Assembly (NCBI RefSeq): GCF_003097315.1
Contig: NZ_QDDL01000010.1
Location: forward strand, 41,969-105,968
Length of the DNA: 64,000 nt
Source: Pelagibaculum spongiae
GTDB lineage: Bacteria > Pseudomonadota > Gammaproteobacteria > Enterobacterales > Pelagibaculaceae
Reading direction: 5' to 3'
In this document: in pieces, positions 1-10,298 of the stretch
Layout: every line of letters starts with the position of its first letter
Numbering within the stretch: position 1 is the stretch's first letter
Program-made: the position numbers and the translations under genes
The notes under the pieces: generated by a model
Told to the model about the DNA's origin: nothing
What the model saw: the letters and a program-made list of their open reading frames with translations, nothing else
The model's database searches: none

Positions 1-327
1 GACGGCAGCTTGACTGGCTTTGCATCGGGACTGGAGATGAAGAAGAAGTTATTGCGGGTGGAGGGATTGGTTTAGTAATATTGGCTACCAATCTTGCTAG
101 TTATGACATAGGAATTAATATGTAGTTTTTGAGCATTCTAAATAGTGAACAATATGAGAAAGTATCTGAGCTTCACATTTTCACCTGTGATTGATCCGCG
201 CAGTAGAAATTAAACCGCTATTTCGGCAGTATACTCATCCAACAACAACAACAACCAGTTTCAAACTACACGATTGTGGATCTAATAGAGTTAGTTCATC
301 GGTTTTTTATATAGTCAGGTAGCTAAA

Positions 328-819
328 TTGAATGAAGATCAGAAACAAACGTTAATGAAGTGGCGCTCTAGATGCAAGAGAGCACAAATAGCACACAGTT
401 ACACCGCGATTAGTTATGGTCGATACCATCTTTTTCTAGGTATTATGTTGATCGCTTTAACGACTACATCATGCGTGTTAATTTTTGCTCCTAATACTAT
501 TATGCCTTCGTGGCTCTCACCAACTATCGGTATTTCTGCGGCATTATTTGCATACTTGCAAACCTTTTTACGCCTATCTGAACAGGCCGATTCACAAAGA
601 GTCGTAGCCAGACGGTATGGAGCTTTGAAGAAAGAAATTGAATACATTCTTGATTTTCAACTCAATGCCACTAATTGTATGGATCAAGTTGATAGCGTTC
701 GCGTGAAAGAGTATGAAATCGCAACGGATGCTCCACACGCTTTAAGCCATAGATGGAAGAAAGCCGCAAACGAAACGAAAAGTGAGAATGATTTTTTTAG
801 TCGCCGCAATCGTCCATAA
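328..819 (+). CDS. SLATT-like (DUF4231-like) two-TM effector-type small membrane protein, putative
   Basis: 163 aa. N-terminal amphipathic helix (KWRSRCKRAQIAHSY), then two predicted TM helices (LFLGIMLIALTTTSCVLIF; LSPTIGISAALFAYLQTFL), then a charged C-terminal helix. This is the SLATT/DUF4231 architecture. The locus is low-GC. The annotated start is TTG; an in-frame ATG lies at 355. Confidence 0.5.
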   Translation: MNEDQKQTLMKWRSRCKRAQIAHSYTAISYGRYHLFLGIMLIALTTTSCVLIFAPNTIMPSWLSPTIGISAALFAYLQTFLRLSEQADSQRVVARRYGALKKEIEYILDFQLNATNCMDQVDSVRVKEYEIATDAPHALSHRWKKAANETKSENDFFSRRNRP

Positions 820-898
820 AAAATAAGAACACCTATTTCCGTGGGTATTGGACTCATTAATTTGTCTACTTACGCGTTAAATTTATAGGAAATATATC

Positions 899-2236
899 AT
901 GTACAACTTATTAGTTACGGCAAATATCGGTGCATGGGACAAGCTATCCTATAAATTTGATAAAAGTCGTTTCCTCGAATATACAACTGAATCTATCGCC
1001 ACCGCTTTTACATCCCTAACACCGGAACTTATAAGTACTCTTAAGAGTTACCCCTGTATATTTGCATATGAAGGTTATGAAAAAGATTTCTACATTGGAA
1101 AACTTAACCAGATCGAGAAACGAGGACAAGAGCTATTTATTGAATTTGAATTTTATCCAGATATTGGCCCAATATCTTTTGAAAAAATTTATCCAATCTC
1201 TCAGTTACTTGATATTCGAAAATGGGAAATGGGGAGAACTCATTGGGCTATAAAAGACGAAGATCTTTTTGATCGCCTCATAAAGGCTAATATTTTGACT
1301 CAAAACTTAATAGGTGATAAAAAAATACTTGAAAAACCTGCGGTTCGCGAACAATCAAACGCTACAATAAGTACAGTAAAGGGGTTTGTTGGGAAAGTTT
1401 TTTCATTAGATAGAGGAAATGATTCAGAATTTTTTTATCGAGGACATTCCAATAAGCAAAAATATAAATTAGAACCATCTCTATTTAGAAAAGATGCTAA
1501 TGGAAACTACCTATACCTAAGAAATGAACACATACTATATAGAGAGTTAATCATCTCCAACTCATCAGATTTTCAACCTGACGAGTATACCTTAGATAGA
1601 TTAGTAAGAATGCAGCATTACTCACTACCAACTAGATTATTAGACATAACATCAAATCCACTTATTGCTTTATATTTTTCCTGCAAATTTCAGCCAGAGT
1701 GCACCTCTTGTAAGTCCCAGTCAGAAAGCACTGGCGAAGTAATTATTTTTTCTATAAAAAGAAATGAAATAAAATATTTTGATTCTGATGTAGTCAGCTG
1801 CATTTCCAACTTAGCAAGATTACCAAAAGAAGAAAAAGATAGGATCGATTTTGATTTTAAGCCATTTAACGAACAAACCCCAATCAAAAGATTGGTACAC
1901 CATATCAGAGAAGAGAAATCGTACTTCGAGTCAAAGATCAAACCAAGTGATTTAAAAAAAATCATCTGTGTAAAAGGCAAACAAAGTAATGATAGAATTA
2001 CATCTCAGTCTGGTGCATTTCTGTTATTTGGCCATGACGCAACTCTTGATGAAGAGGGAACACCTGAAATTAGTGTTCGTAGAATTACTGTCACAAATAA
2101 AAGCTCCATTCTTCAAGAGCTTGACCTTTTAAATATTAATGAAAGCACAGTATTCCCATATATTGAAAACTCAGCAAAATACGTTGCTGACAAATACAAG
2201 TTTAATAAAGCAACTGAAGAAATCAGCTTCCTTTAA
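899..2236 (+). CDS. FRG-domain protein with uncharacterised N-terminal domain
   Basis: 445 aa. FRG signature FFYRGHSNKQKYKLEPSLFRK and downstream MQHYSLPTRLLDITSNPLIALYFSC (compare the FRG consensus QHyGlPTRLLDWT...AlyFA). It lies 80 bp downstream of the SLATT-like gene, in the same low-GC islet. Confidence 0.7.
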   Translation: MYNLLVTANIGAWDKLSYKFDKSRFLEYTTESIATAFTSLTPELISTLKSYPCIFAYEGYEKDFYIGKLNQIEKRGQELFIEFEFYPDIGPISFEKIYPISQLLDIRKWEMGRTHWAIKDEDLFDRLIKANILTQNLIGDKKILEKPAVREQSNATISTVKGFVGKVFSLDRGNDSEFFYRGHSNKQKYKLEPSLFRKDANGNYLYLRNEHILYRELIISNSSDFQPDEYTLDRLVRMQHYSLPTRLLDITSNPLIALYFSCKFQPECTSCKSQSESTGEVIIFSIKRNEIKYFDSDVVSCISNLARLPKEEKDRIDFDFKPFNEQTPIKRLVHHIREEKSYFESKIKPSDLKKIICVKGKQSNDRITSQSGAFLLFGHDATLDEEGTPEISVRRITVTNKSSILQELDLLNINESTVFPYIENSAKYVADKYKFNKATEEISFL

Positions 2237-2246
2237 GTTAGCCACC

Positions 2247-2996
2247 CTAAAAAACCGCCCGCAACAACAAACTACTCCCCAGAACAATTAGCAGAACAAA
2301 TGCCAATCGCCGCATATTATTATTTGATAGTGGCGGTGGAAATTTACGGCCTGCCCAGGTCGCTAAACCAACAATCGGCACGGCCAGCAAACCGGTTAGT
2401 AAAATGTCTTGGTTCATTTGTCCTTGCGCCACCACCATGACACTGCGACTTAAGGCACTGAACATGAAGGTGCCGTAGAGACAAAACCGAATGTAGTTGA
2501 ATGAAAAGGGTTGCCGGTAATAGAGAAAAACCAACGGCGGCCCGGCCAAGGCAAATACACCGGCCAATAAACCTGCAATAGCATAGGCAGCAAAGAACAC
2601 CGCTTTTGATGAAGCTTGCTTTAGCGGCTCAGGCTTGAGCATTAACAAGCAACCACCGAGGATAATTGCACAGCCCAGTACTATTTCCAGCCAATGGCTC
2701 ATCTGACTACTCAGTAGTGTTAGCAGATAAAGCCCTGCGCCCATAAAAGGCAGCATAATCGCCAAGCCACTCAGCACTCGTTTTAAATCCAGCTGATTCC
2801 AACGCCCTTTCAGCGCAAAAACTCCATTGGATATTGCCAATAGGCTAACCACTGCTGAGGTGAACTGAATCGGTAGCAGGCCGGCCAATGTCACACCGCC
2901 CATAACAATCATACCTAGCGCAAAGCCAGTGACCGTTTGCACATAGCTACCCACGCCAACAATCAGCAAAAAAGCCGCTAAGGTTACACCGTCCAA
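2247..2996 (-). CDS. TauE/SafE (DUF81) family anion exporter membrane protein
   Basis: 249 aa, polytopic, glycine-rich TM helices (GFALGMIVMGG...). Typical TauE/SafE duplicated 4-TM halves. Confidence 0.65.
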   Translation of the reverse strand: MDGVTLAAFLLIVGVGSYVQTVTGFALGMIVMGGVTLAGLLPIQFTSAVVSLLAISNGVFALKGRWNQLDLKRVLSGLAIMLPFMGAGLYLLTLLSSQMSHWLEIVLGCAIILGGCLLMLKPEPLKQASSKAVFFAAYAIAGLLAGVFALAGPPLVFLYYRQPFSFNYIRFCLYGTFMFSALSRSVMVVAQGQMNQDILLTGLLAVPIVGLATWAGRKFPPPLSNNNMRRLAFVLLIVLGSSLLLRAVF

Positions 2997-4085
2997 TCAG
3001 TCACTCCTCGGTTGATCAATATTGGGGGCATGATAACTACTCGAGATCAAGGACCCTGCCATTACCAGCGTCACATCTCCGAAACACCGCCTCTGAGTTG
3101 CTAGGAATAATCTGTCACCTAGCTGACCTTTATACGCTATTTAAAGTACTTTTTCTGCAGTTAAATGCTTATTTTAAAAGTATCTTTTTGATTGAAAAGC
3201 TGGCCTGCAAAGTAACAATCAATCGCTATTTTTCTTATTCAGAATCATTCCACGACCGCGAAAGCGAACATCAAACTTTTAACGATTTTAATTGCATCAT
3301 TAAAAACTGATATAAAGTGAGTCAAAAAAAACTTAAAGGGTCAGACCAAAATTAATAACTCATAAGCAAATACCTCAAGCACTAGAAACAAGCAAAATAA
3401 CTTCGCTAAAAAAAACCTGAAAAAAAACTTAATTAAAAGCTGGGATTTTTTTTAAAAACTATACTAGTAGCACTTAAACCCACGCCGCAGAATATTAGCT
3501 AGTAATGCATTATCCCAAATAGATAACTGCTGACTACCTCTTATTGCTAGAACACCAGCTAACTATATGATCTCGCTATTGGTATTACCACAATGAGGTG
3601 CAACTTTTGGTATGACCTAATCTTTAACATCTGAAAAGTTCGTATTTACTTTTATTTATTTGGCGGCAAAGCAACAAAAAATATTTAAAAACATAAGCTT
3701 AATACAACAAGCAACCCACCAAACCTAATGTTCGATTACGAAATTCATTGATAAACAAGATATTCTGTCACTCAAAAACCTTTAATTAAGTAAGTTTTTT
3801 TGACCTGCCACCATGTTTAGTTCGAACAAAAAAAAATTAGTCTTTTTAGTTGTGCTAGATCAAAAAGTATACCTCTTAATTTACTCAAGATAATTCGATC
3901 AGGATAGAACATGGTTTTAAAGTCAGCACTCCCTACTGGTTCAGTTGTTCAGTTAATGAACGTCAGCCTCTGATTTTAAATATTGTTCATCTGAGAGGCA
4001 TATTCAGGCACACGAGATAAAACAGCAGCTTTATAAATGTTGTTTTTATACTAACTAGCCGCTGTTCCAAGCGTAGGAGTCAACA

Positions 4086-5777
4086 GTGACTTTTAAAAAA
4101 GTCGGTCCATACCCTTCATCTCATGATGATGTGGAACTAGATGCGTTAATGGATGGTTATCGCATTGAAGGTCCCGGAGACGTACTTCAGGCTCTAGTTC
4201 GCATTCAACATTTCTTGGGCTGGGTTCCACCACAGTTAAGAAAAGCATTAAGCGAACGCACCCGCGTTACCGAGACTAAAATCCGAGGGATTATCGATTT
4301 TTACCATCTACTGGATGCAGAGCCCACGGCACCATGGGTTGTTCACCTGAGTACTAACATCACCGATATGATGCTTGGTCAACAAACCAACATTGACCGG
4401 TTTAATAAGTACGCCAAAAAAAATCCAGGCAAGATTCAAGTTAATGAAACCTCTTGCACCGGATTATGCGAACAAGGCCCTGCATTATTAATTAATGGTT
4501 TTGCAATGGGCCGTATTAATGCACAACGTGTCGATGACATATTGGCATTAATTAGCACTGACACCCCATTAGATCAATGGCCAGCCAACTGGTTTGAAAT
4601 CTCCAGCAATATTCGCAAGCCTGGCCCATTACTGCGCCACCATGTTGTTGCTGGCGAAGCTTTGGCCAAGGTTAAAACCGCATCACCTGAAGATTTCATC
4701 CTCAAGCTGGATCATGCCGGTTTGAAAGGTCGCGGTGGCGCGGGCTTTAGTACCGCATTTAAATGGCAGGCTTGTCGTAAAGCGATTGGCGATCATAAAG
4801 TGGTTGCCTGCAATGCTGACGAAGGCGAACCCGGAACATTTAAAGACCGTGTGCTGTTAGATCGGCATATTGAAAATGTACTGGAAGGCATGACTATTTG
4901 TGGTGAAGTGATAGGTGCCAAGAGCGGTTATATCTATCTTCGCAAAGAATACATTTACATGTATGGCCACATTAATAATGCGATTAAAAAACGCCGTGAA
5001 GCAGGCTTATTAACTGAAGATTTTGATATTGGCATTCACATGGGCGCTGGCGCTTATGTTTGTGGTGAAGAATCTTCAATGCTCGATTCAATGGAAGGCA
5101 AGCGTGGCATTCCACGGATTAAACCACCATTCCCAGTCGATCAAGGTTTCCTTGGCCGCCCTACCGTAGTCAACAACGTAGAAACCTTTTGTAACGTTGC
5201 GCTATTGGCGGACAAAGGCTTGGATAACTTCCGTTCAGTCGGTTGTAGCCACACCCCTGGCAGTAAATTGCACAGTATTTCGGGCGATTGTAAACACCCT
5301 GGTATTTACGAATTCCCTCTGTGTACCAGCATCGCTGAAATGATGAAGGCATGCGGCGGCAAAGAAGCTGCCATGGTTCAGGTTGGTGGCGCAGCAGGTC
5401 GTTTAATTACTGAAAACCGTTTCGATACCGCAATTGATTTCCGTCGCTTATATAGCGCTGGTTCAATGATGGTATTTAATAGCGATCGTCAACCAAAGGA
5501 TTTACTGCATAACTTCAGCCATTTCTTTGTTCACGAAAGCTGCGGTTTCTGCACCCCTTGTCGTGGTGGTTGCCAAATGTTGGCCGCTTACAGCGACCAG
5601 GTTATGAACGGAACCTTGCAAAAGCAGGATGAAAAAACGCTGCTTGATACTTGTAAGCTGATGATGACTACCAGCCATTGCGGCTTGGGTAAAACAGCTG
5701 GACAAAGTATTGGTCAGATTTTCCATCATCATCTGAAAGCCCAGAAGGCAGAAAATCAGGAAATGGCTCATGAGTAA
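4086..5777 (+). CDS. hoxF: NAD-reducing [NiFe] hydrogenase diaphorase subunit HoxF (NuoF-like with fused NuoE-like N-domain)
   Basis: NuoF FMN/NADH motif GLKGRGGAGFSTAFKW. C-terminal 4Fe-4S Cys cluster (ESCGFCTPCRGGC). N-terminal thioredoxin-like segment with CTGLC. GTG start. First gene of a contiguous hoxFUYH array. Confidence 0.85.
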   Translation: MTFKKVGPYPSSHDDVELDALMDGYRIEGPGDVLQALVRIQHFLGWVPPQLRKALSERTRVTETKIRGIIDFYHLLDAEPTAPWVVHLSTNITDMMLGQQTNIDRFNKYAKKNPGKIQVNETSCTGLCEQGPALLINGFAMGRINAQRVDDILALISTDTPLDQWPANWFEISSNIRKPGPLLRHHVVAGEALAKVKTASPEDFILKLDHAGLKGRGGAGFSTAFKWQACRKAIGDHKVVACNADEGEPGTFKDRVLLDRHIENVLEGMTICGEVIGAKSGYIYLRKEYIYMYGHINNAIKKRREAGLLTEDFDIGIHMGAGAYVCGEESSMLDSMEGKRGIPRIKPPFPVDQGFLGRPTVVNNVETFCNVALLADKGLDNFRSVGCSHTPGSKLHSISGDCKHPGIYEFPLCTSIAEMMKACGGKEAAMVQVGGAAGRLITENRFDTAIDFRRLYSAGSMMVFNSDRQPKDLLHNFSHFFVHESCGFCTPCRGGCQMLAAYSDQVMNGTLQKQDEKTLLDTCKLMMTTSHCGLGKTAGQSIGQIFHHHLKAQKAENQEMAHE

Positions 5778-6507
5778 TTCCAATACCATTTTAATTGATG
5801 GCCAGGAGGTTCCTTTTGAACCAGGTGAAACCGTTCTGGCTGCGGCAAAAAAAGCAGATGTTTATATTCCACATCTTTGCTTTCATCCTGAAGTAACAGT
5901 TCATGGTAGCTGCAAGCTCTGTACAGTAAAAATAAATGGTCGCTGCGTATCTTCTTGCCTGACTAAAGCTTCATCGGGCATGGCTGTGGAAAACAGCAGC
6001 GAAGAAATTCTCGATTTGCGCAAGCAATTAATCGAGCTTTTATTTGCTGAAGGTAACCACTACTGCCCAACTTGCGAACTGTCAGGTAATTGTCAATTAC
6101 AGGCCTTGGCCTATGAATTTGGCATTACTCATACTCGCTTCCCACTGCAATATCCAATTCGGGAAATGGATGCAACGCATCCAGATATCATTCTCGATCG
6201 TGATCGTTGCATTAACTGTTCACTGTGTCGCCGTGCCAGTGCTCAGGTCGATAAAAAAGATGTCTTCTCGTTAGCTGGACGGGGTCCTGAGACTTATCTG
6301 CAGGTCCACTCTAGCGACGGTACTTTAGGCCAATCAAAACTTACTGTTGATGATTTAGCAGCAAACATTTGCCCCGTTGGCGCTTTATTCCATAAAAAGA
6401 ACAACTACAGCCAACGCCCTGGTCAACGGATTTATGACAATCAGTCGATCGGTGAAGTAGGCAACCAGCGTCTGGAACGAGTCAAAGAGGGTGAAAACCA
6501 TGGCTGA
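5770..6507 (+). CDS. hoxU: NAD-reducing hydrogenase diaphorase subunit HoxU (NuoG N-terminal-like 2Fe-2S/4Fe-4S ferredoxin)
   Basis: 2Fe-2S motif CFHPEVTVHGSCKLC. NuoG-type CPTCELSGNCQLQ. Ferredoxin CINCSLCRRAS and CPVGAL. Start overlaps the hoxF stop. Confidence 0.85.
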   Translation: MSNSNTILIDGQEVPFEPGETVLAAAKKADVYIPHLCFHPEVTVHGSCKLCTVKINGRCVSSCLTKASSGMAVENSSEEILDLRKQLIELLFAEGNHYCPTCELSGNCQLQALAYEFGITHTRFPLQYPIREMDATHPDIILDRDRCINCSLCRRASAQVDKKDVFSLAGRGPETYLQVHSSDGTLGQSKLTVDDLAANICPVGALFHKKNNYSQRPGQRIYDNQSIGEVGNQRLERVKEGENHG

Positions 6508-7042
6508 TCAAAAAATAAAGGTAGCCACCTGTTCTCTGGGCGGATGCTTTGGTTGTCACATGTCGTTACTAGACATCGACGAAGCACTGATCGAAGTTGA
6601 AAAACACGTTCAGTTCGATCGCTCACCCATTACCGATATCAAAAATATTTCTAAATGTGATTTAGGTTTAATTGAAGGCGGTCTGTGTAACGAAGAAAAT
6701 GTTCACGTACTAAAAGATTTCCGCGAGAACTGCAAAGTTTTAGTTGCTGTTGGTGCCTGCGCAATTAATGGTGGGTTACCTGCTATGCGCAATGGAATCG
6801 ATGTTCAAGATTGTCTGAAAGAGGTGTATCAAACCGGTTATAACCTAACCACTGATATTATCCCCGATGACCCGGAAATTCCGCGCTTACAAGAAAAAGT
6901 GCAACCGTTGCACGAACTGGTGAAAGTAGATTATTTCTTACCAGGTTGCCCACCACCTGCACCGGCTTTTCTTGAACTCATTACGGCACTGCTTGAAGGC
7001 CGCGAACCTAATATTGATTATCCACATAGGCGTTTTGACTAA
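6500..7042 (+). CDS. hoxY: [NiFe] hydrogenase small subunit HoxY (NuoB-like)
   Basis: ATCSLGGCFGCHMSLLD and GACAINGG...LPGCPP motifs of the NuoB/hydrogenase small subunit. ATG at 6500 (a GTG alternative at 6491). Overlaps the hoxU end. Confidence 0.85.
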   Translation: MADQKIKVATCSLGGCFGCHMSLLDIDEALIEVEKHVQFDRSPITDIKNISKCDLGLIEGGLCNEENVHVLKDFRENCKVLVAVGACAINGGLPAMRNGIDVQDCLKEVYQTGYNLTTDIIPDDPEIPRLQEKVQPLHELVKVDYFLPGCPPPAPAFLELITALLEGREPNIDYPHRRFD

Positions 7043-8520
7043 TGGAAAACCAAACGCAAGCTGGCCTCCGCCGTATCGCCATTGAGCCGATTTCCCGCGT
7101 AGAAGGCCACGGAAAAATTACTCTACTGCTTGACGACGAAGGTCATGTTAAGCAGGCACGTTTACACATTGTTGAATTTCGTGGATTTGAAAAATTCATT
7201 GAAGGCCGCCCTTATTATGAGCTGCCATTATTAGTTCAGCGCTTATGTGGTATTTGTCCGGTGAGCCACCATTTGGCAGCAGCCAAGGCAATCGACCAAA
7301 TTAACGGTGTTAAACAATTAACACCTGCGGCTTTAAAATTGCGCCAGTTGTTACACTGGGGACAATTATTACAGTCTCATGCACTGCACTTCTTCCATTT
7401 GGCATCACCTGATTTATTGTTTGGTTACGACAGCGATGTTAGCAAGCGTAATATTATTGGCGTGTTAAAAGAATATCCGGAAATTGCCGTCCAAGGCGTA
7501 AAAATCCGTAAATTCGGCCAAGAAGTTATTCGTGCTGTCAGTGGTAAACGTATCCACGGTATTGCAGCACTTCCAGGTGGCATGAACCAGCCGTTAGACC
7601 GCGAAGTTTATCAATACCTGACCGCTGAAATTGATCAAATCGTTGAGTGGAGCAAAGACGCCGTCGAATTGGCTCGTCGCTTGTGCCTAGAAGACACCGA
7701 ATTATTTAATTCGTTCGCTAGCACCGAATCACCTTATATGTCACTTACTGACGAAAAGGGCGGCCTAGAATTTTACGATGGTAACTTGCGTGTTAAAAAC
7801 GCTGACGGTTCGATCCTTAATGATCAGTTCCCGAATGAGCGTTACACCGACTTAATTCAGGAAGAAGCCAAGAGCTGGAGCTATATGAAGTTCCCATTCT
7901 TGCGCTCAATTCGTGAAGCGCAAGGTGGCGACTCTGGCTGGTATCGCGTTGGCCCATTGGCTCGAATTAATAACTGTGATTCTATTTCGACGCCTTTAGC
8001 CGAGCATTATCGTCAAGATTTTATGAAAATAGCGGGTAACCCGCTTGCGCATCAAAATCTGGCGTTCCACTGGGCACGAATGATTGAAGCATTGCACTGT
8101 GCAGAATCAATTCAGAAAGTGCTGGCAGATCCAGATCTGTTTAGCCTCGATTTAGTCGCTAAAGGCAATAGACAAAGCTCAGGTATCGGTATTATCGAAG
8201 CGCCTCGTGGCACCTTATTCCATCATTATGAAGTCAATGATGACGACCAAGTCACCATGGCGAATCTGATTGTATCGACTACTAGTAATAACTTTGCCAT
8301 GAACGAAGCAGTTTGTTCAGCGGCTAATCAGCATATTGATGGTAATGAAGTTACACCTGGCTTGTTAAATCTGCTAGAAGTTGCTGTGCGTTCTTATGAC
8401 CCATGTTTGTCTTGTGCTACCCACGCAATTGGTAAAATGCCGCTGCATGTGGAAATGCTCGATAGCAAAGGTCAGCTGATTCATCAATTAAGTAAAAATT
8501 CGAATGGTGAGTTTAGCTAA
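7042..8520 (+). CDS. hoxH: [NiFe] hydrogenase large subunit HoxH
   Basis: N-terminal Ni-binding RLCGICPVSHH and C-terminal DPCLSCATH motifs. A ~30-aa C-terminal extension beyond the His, consistent with protease processing. Confidence 0.9.
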   Translation: MENQTQAGLRRIAIEPISRVEGHGKITLLLDDEGHVKQARLHIVEFRGFEKFIEGRPYYELPLLVQRLCGICPVSHHLAAAKAIDQINGVKQLTPAALKLRQLLHWGQLLQSHALHFFHLASPDLLFGYDSDVSKRNIIGVLKEYPEIAVQGVKIRKFGQEVIRAVSGKRIHGIAALPGGMNQPLDREVYQYLTAEIDQIVEWSKDAVELARRLCLEDTELFNSFASTESPYMSLTDEKGGLEFYDGNLRVKNADGSILNDQFPNERYTDLIQEEAKSWSYMKFPFLRSIREAQGGDSGWYRVGPLARINNCDSISTPLAEHYRQDFMKIAGNPLAHQNLAFHWARMIEALHCAESIQKVLADPDLFSLDLVAKGNRQSSGIGIIEAPRGTLFHHYEVNDDDQVTMANLIVSTTSNNFAMNEAVCSAANQHIDGNEVTPGLLNLLEVAVRSYDPCLSCATHAIGKMPLHVEMLDSKGQLIHQLSKNSNGEFS

Positions 8521-8619
8521 GGTTAATAATTCGATAATTTAATCGATTATTTTTCTAACTAATTTATTCTAGCGGCCAGTCGGTCGCTGGAATAAAAAAC
8601 ATTTAGCAGGTTTATTGCT

Positions 8620-9105
8620 ATGAGTGACCATCTCAGTAAGACAAAAATTAGTTTGATTGCCTATGGCAATATTGCCCGCGGCGATGATGGTGCAGCACCG
8701 GTACTGTTAAATCGAATTGAAGAAATTCAGTCACAAATAGACTGTCAATTGCATCTGGTTGAAGATATGCAGCTCGGCCCTGAGCATGCATACGATTTAA
8801 AAGACGTCGATGCAGTCATATTTCTCGACTGCGACAGTCAATGTGAAACCATCAGTTTCAAGCAATTAGCCGCACAAATTAACGTTCATTTTTCTAGCCA
8901 TGCCCAGACACCGGAAACCGTGATGTCACTTCATGGCATGCTAACAGAATCAGAAACACCACCCTGCTATCAATTAGGCATTGGCGGTGATGATTTCGAA
9001 TTAGGGCAGAATATGAGTGAACGGTGCCACAAGAATTTGAAGTTGGCACAAGCTCATTTGTTGAGCCTGTTAGAAACTCCAGTATCACAATGGAACCCAC
9101 TTTAA
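8620..9105 (+). CDS. hoxW: hydrogenase maturation endopeptidase (HoxW/HycI family, peptidase A31)
   Basis: N-terminal LIAYGNIARGDDGAAPVLL matches the GNxxxGDDGxG motif of hydrogenase C-terminal proteases. Immediately downstream of hoxH. Confidence 0.75.
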   Translation: MSDHLSKTKISLIAYGNIARGDDGAAPVLLNRIEEIQSQIDCQLHLVEDMQLGPEHAYDLKDVDAVIFLDCDSQCETISFKQLAAQINVHFSSHAQTPETVMSLHGMLTESETPPCYQLGIGGDDFELGQNMSERCHKNLKLAQAHLLSLLETPVSQWNPL

Positions 9106-9709
9106 AAAAACGAATACCGATAGATCAAAATAGAACCTAACTTAACGGCACACGTTAAAGAAAGACCATAACGAAATGCAATAACGAGAAGTACAACAAA
9201 GAGAAATACCACTGGATAGCGCCAGTTAGGCATTAATATCACTATCACTTAACTGCCAGAGTATTTTTCATCAGCAATGCCCAATGCTGATCTTCAGGAA
9301 AGCCCGTTTATAACGGCAGTCTTTGCTCATGTAATAGCGAGCGATGGTTGCCGTTTTTTATTGCTTGGCTAAAGCAGACGCATCTCGATTAAACCCGCAT
9401 ATCAATCATTGTATTTTTCCTGCACGATTTAGCAGATATGCCGCACTCGATAATATAGCTACCTTAGTGCATTACCTTCTTCGAATACTTACGCAGCCAC
9501 CAATACAACTTCATCCAAGCAACATTGCAAAATATGACATTTGATATCAGCTGACGATTTTTATCCTGCCAAGCAGTATAATCATCACGGCTTGCTGCTT
9601 TTACTGAGGCGGCAGCGACTTGTAACCATTAGTGTTGATACGAGATAATCTTGGTACTCGGATAGTGTCAGCGCTCATAGCTTCTATCGAACCCAGCTAG
9701 AGAAACTTA

Positions 9710-10087
9710 ATGCTTAACTCAATTATTGCCATTAGTGCCGGTGCTTCTATCGGTGCAACACTTCGCTGGCTGATCGGTAGTGCGCTGAATTCATTATTTC
9801 CAAGCATCCCCCCTGGAACCCTAATTGCTAACCTGTTGGGTGCTTATTTAATTGGCCTGGCCTTGGCAATGTTCGCTCACTTTCCCAGCTTGGCGCCTGA
9901 ATGGAAACTACTGGTGATTACCGGTTTTCTCGGCAGCCTGACAACCTTTTCAACTTTTTCTGCCGAGATCACTGGCTTGCTACAACAGGGGCGAATAATG
10001 ATGGCGGCGGGCGCAATTAGCCTGCATTTGTTTGGCTCTTTAATTATGACCAGCTTGGGTATGTTCAGTGGATCGTTATTAAAATAA
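9710..10087 (+). CDS. crcB: fluoride ion channel CrcB/Fluc
   Basis: 125 aa, 4 TM. GATLRW...[13 protein letters not shown] hallmark. Confidence 0.85.
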   Translation: MLNSIIAISAGASIGATLRWLIGSALNSLFPSIPPGTLIANLLGAYLIGLALAMFAHFPSLAPEWKLLVITGFLGSLTTFSTFSAEITGLLQQGRIMMAAGAISLHLFGSLIMTSLGMFSGSLLK

Positions 10088-10298
10088 AGGCTGAAGCATG
10101 AAAATAATGATGACCTCATTGCGAGGCACTCTGTAGGTCATCCCTGAGCCTAAGCGAAGCGTGACATCTATGGTGAAATATTTATATTGTCGCTATTCGC
10201 TTCGCTCATGACGACCTTGCAGCATACAATTAAGTGCAGAATAATACAGACTATTTCTTACACTTCCTCAACCTTAAATCATCAGAATAGTTCGCTTG

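Noticed and set aside
3098-3310. 70-aa ORF in the hox upstream region
   Set aside because: AT-rich, low-complexity, no RBS context. Likely non-coding.
9540-9709. Possible fluoride riboswitch upstream of crcB
   Set aside because: Looked for the crcB-motif hallmarks (GGCGAUGR … CUGAUGR … CUAC within ~55 nt). Only a lone GCTGACGAT and a distant GCGATGG 200 nt away were found, not a coherent motif.
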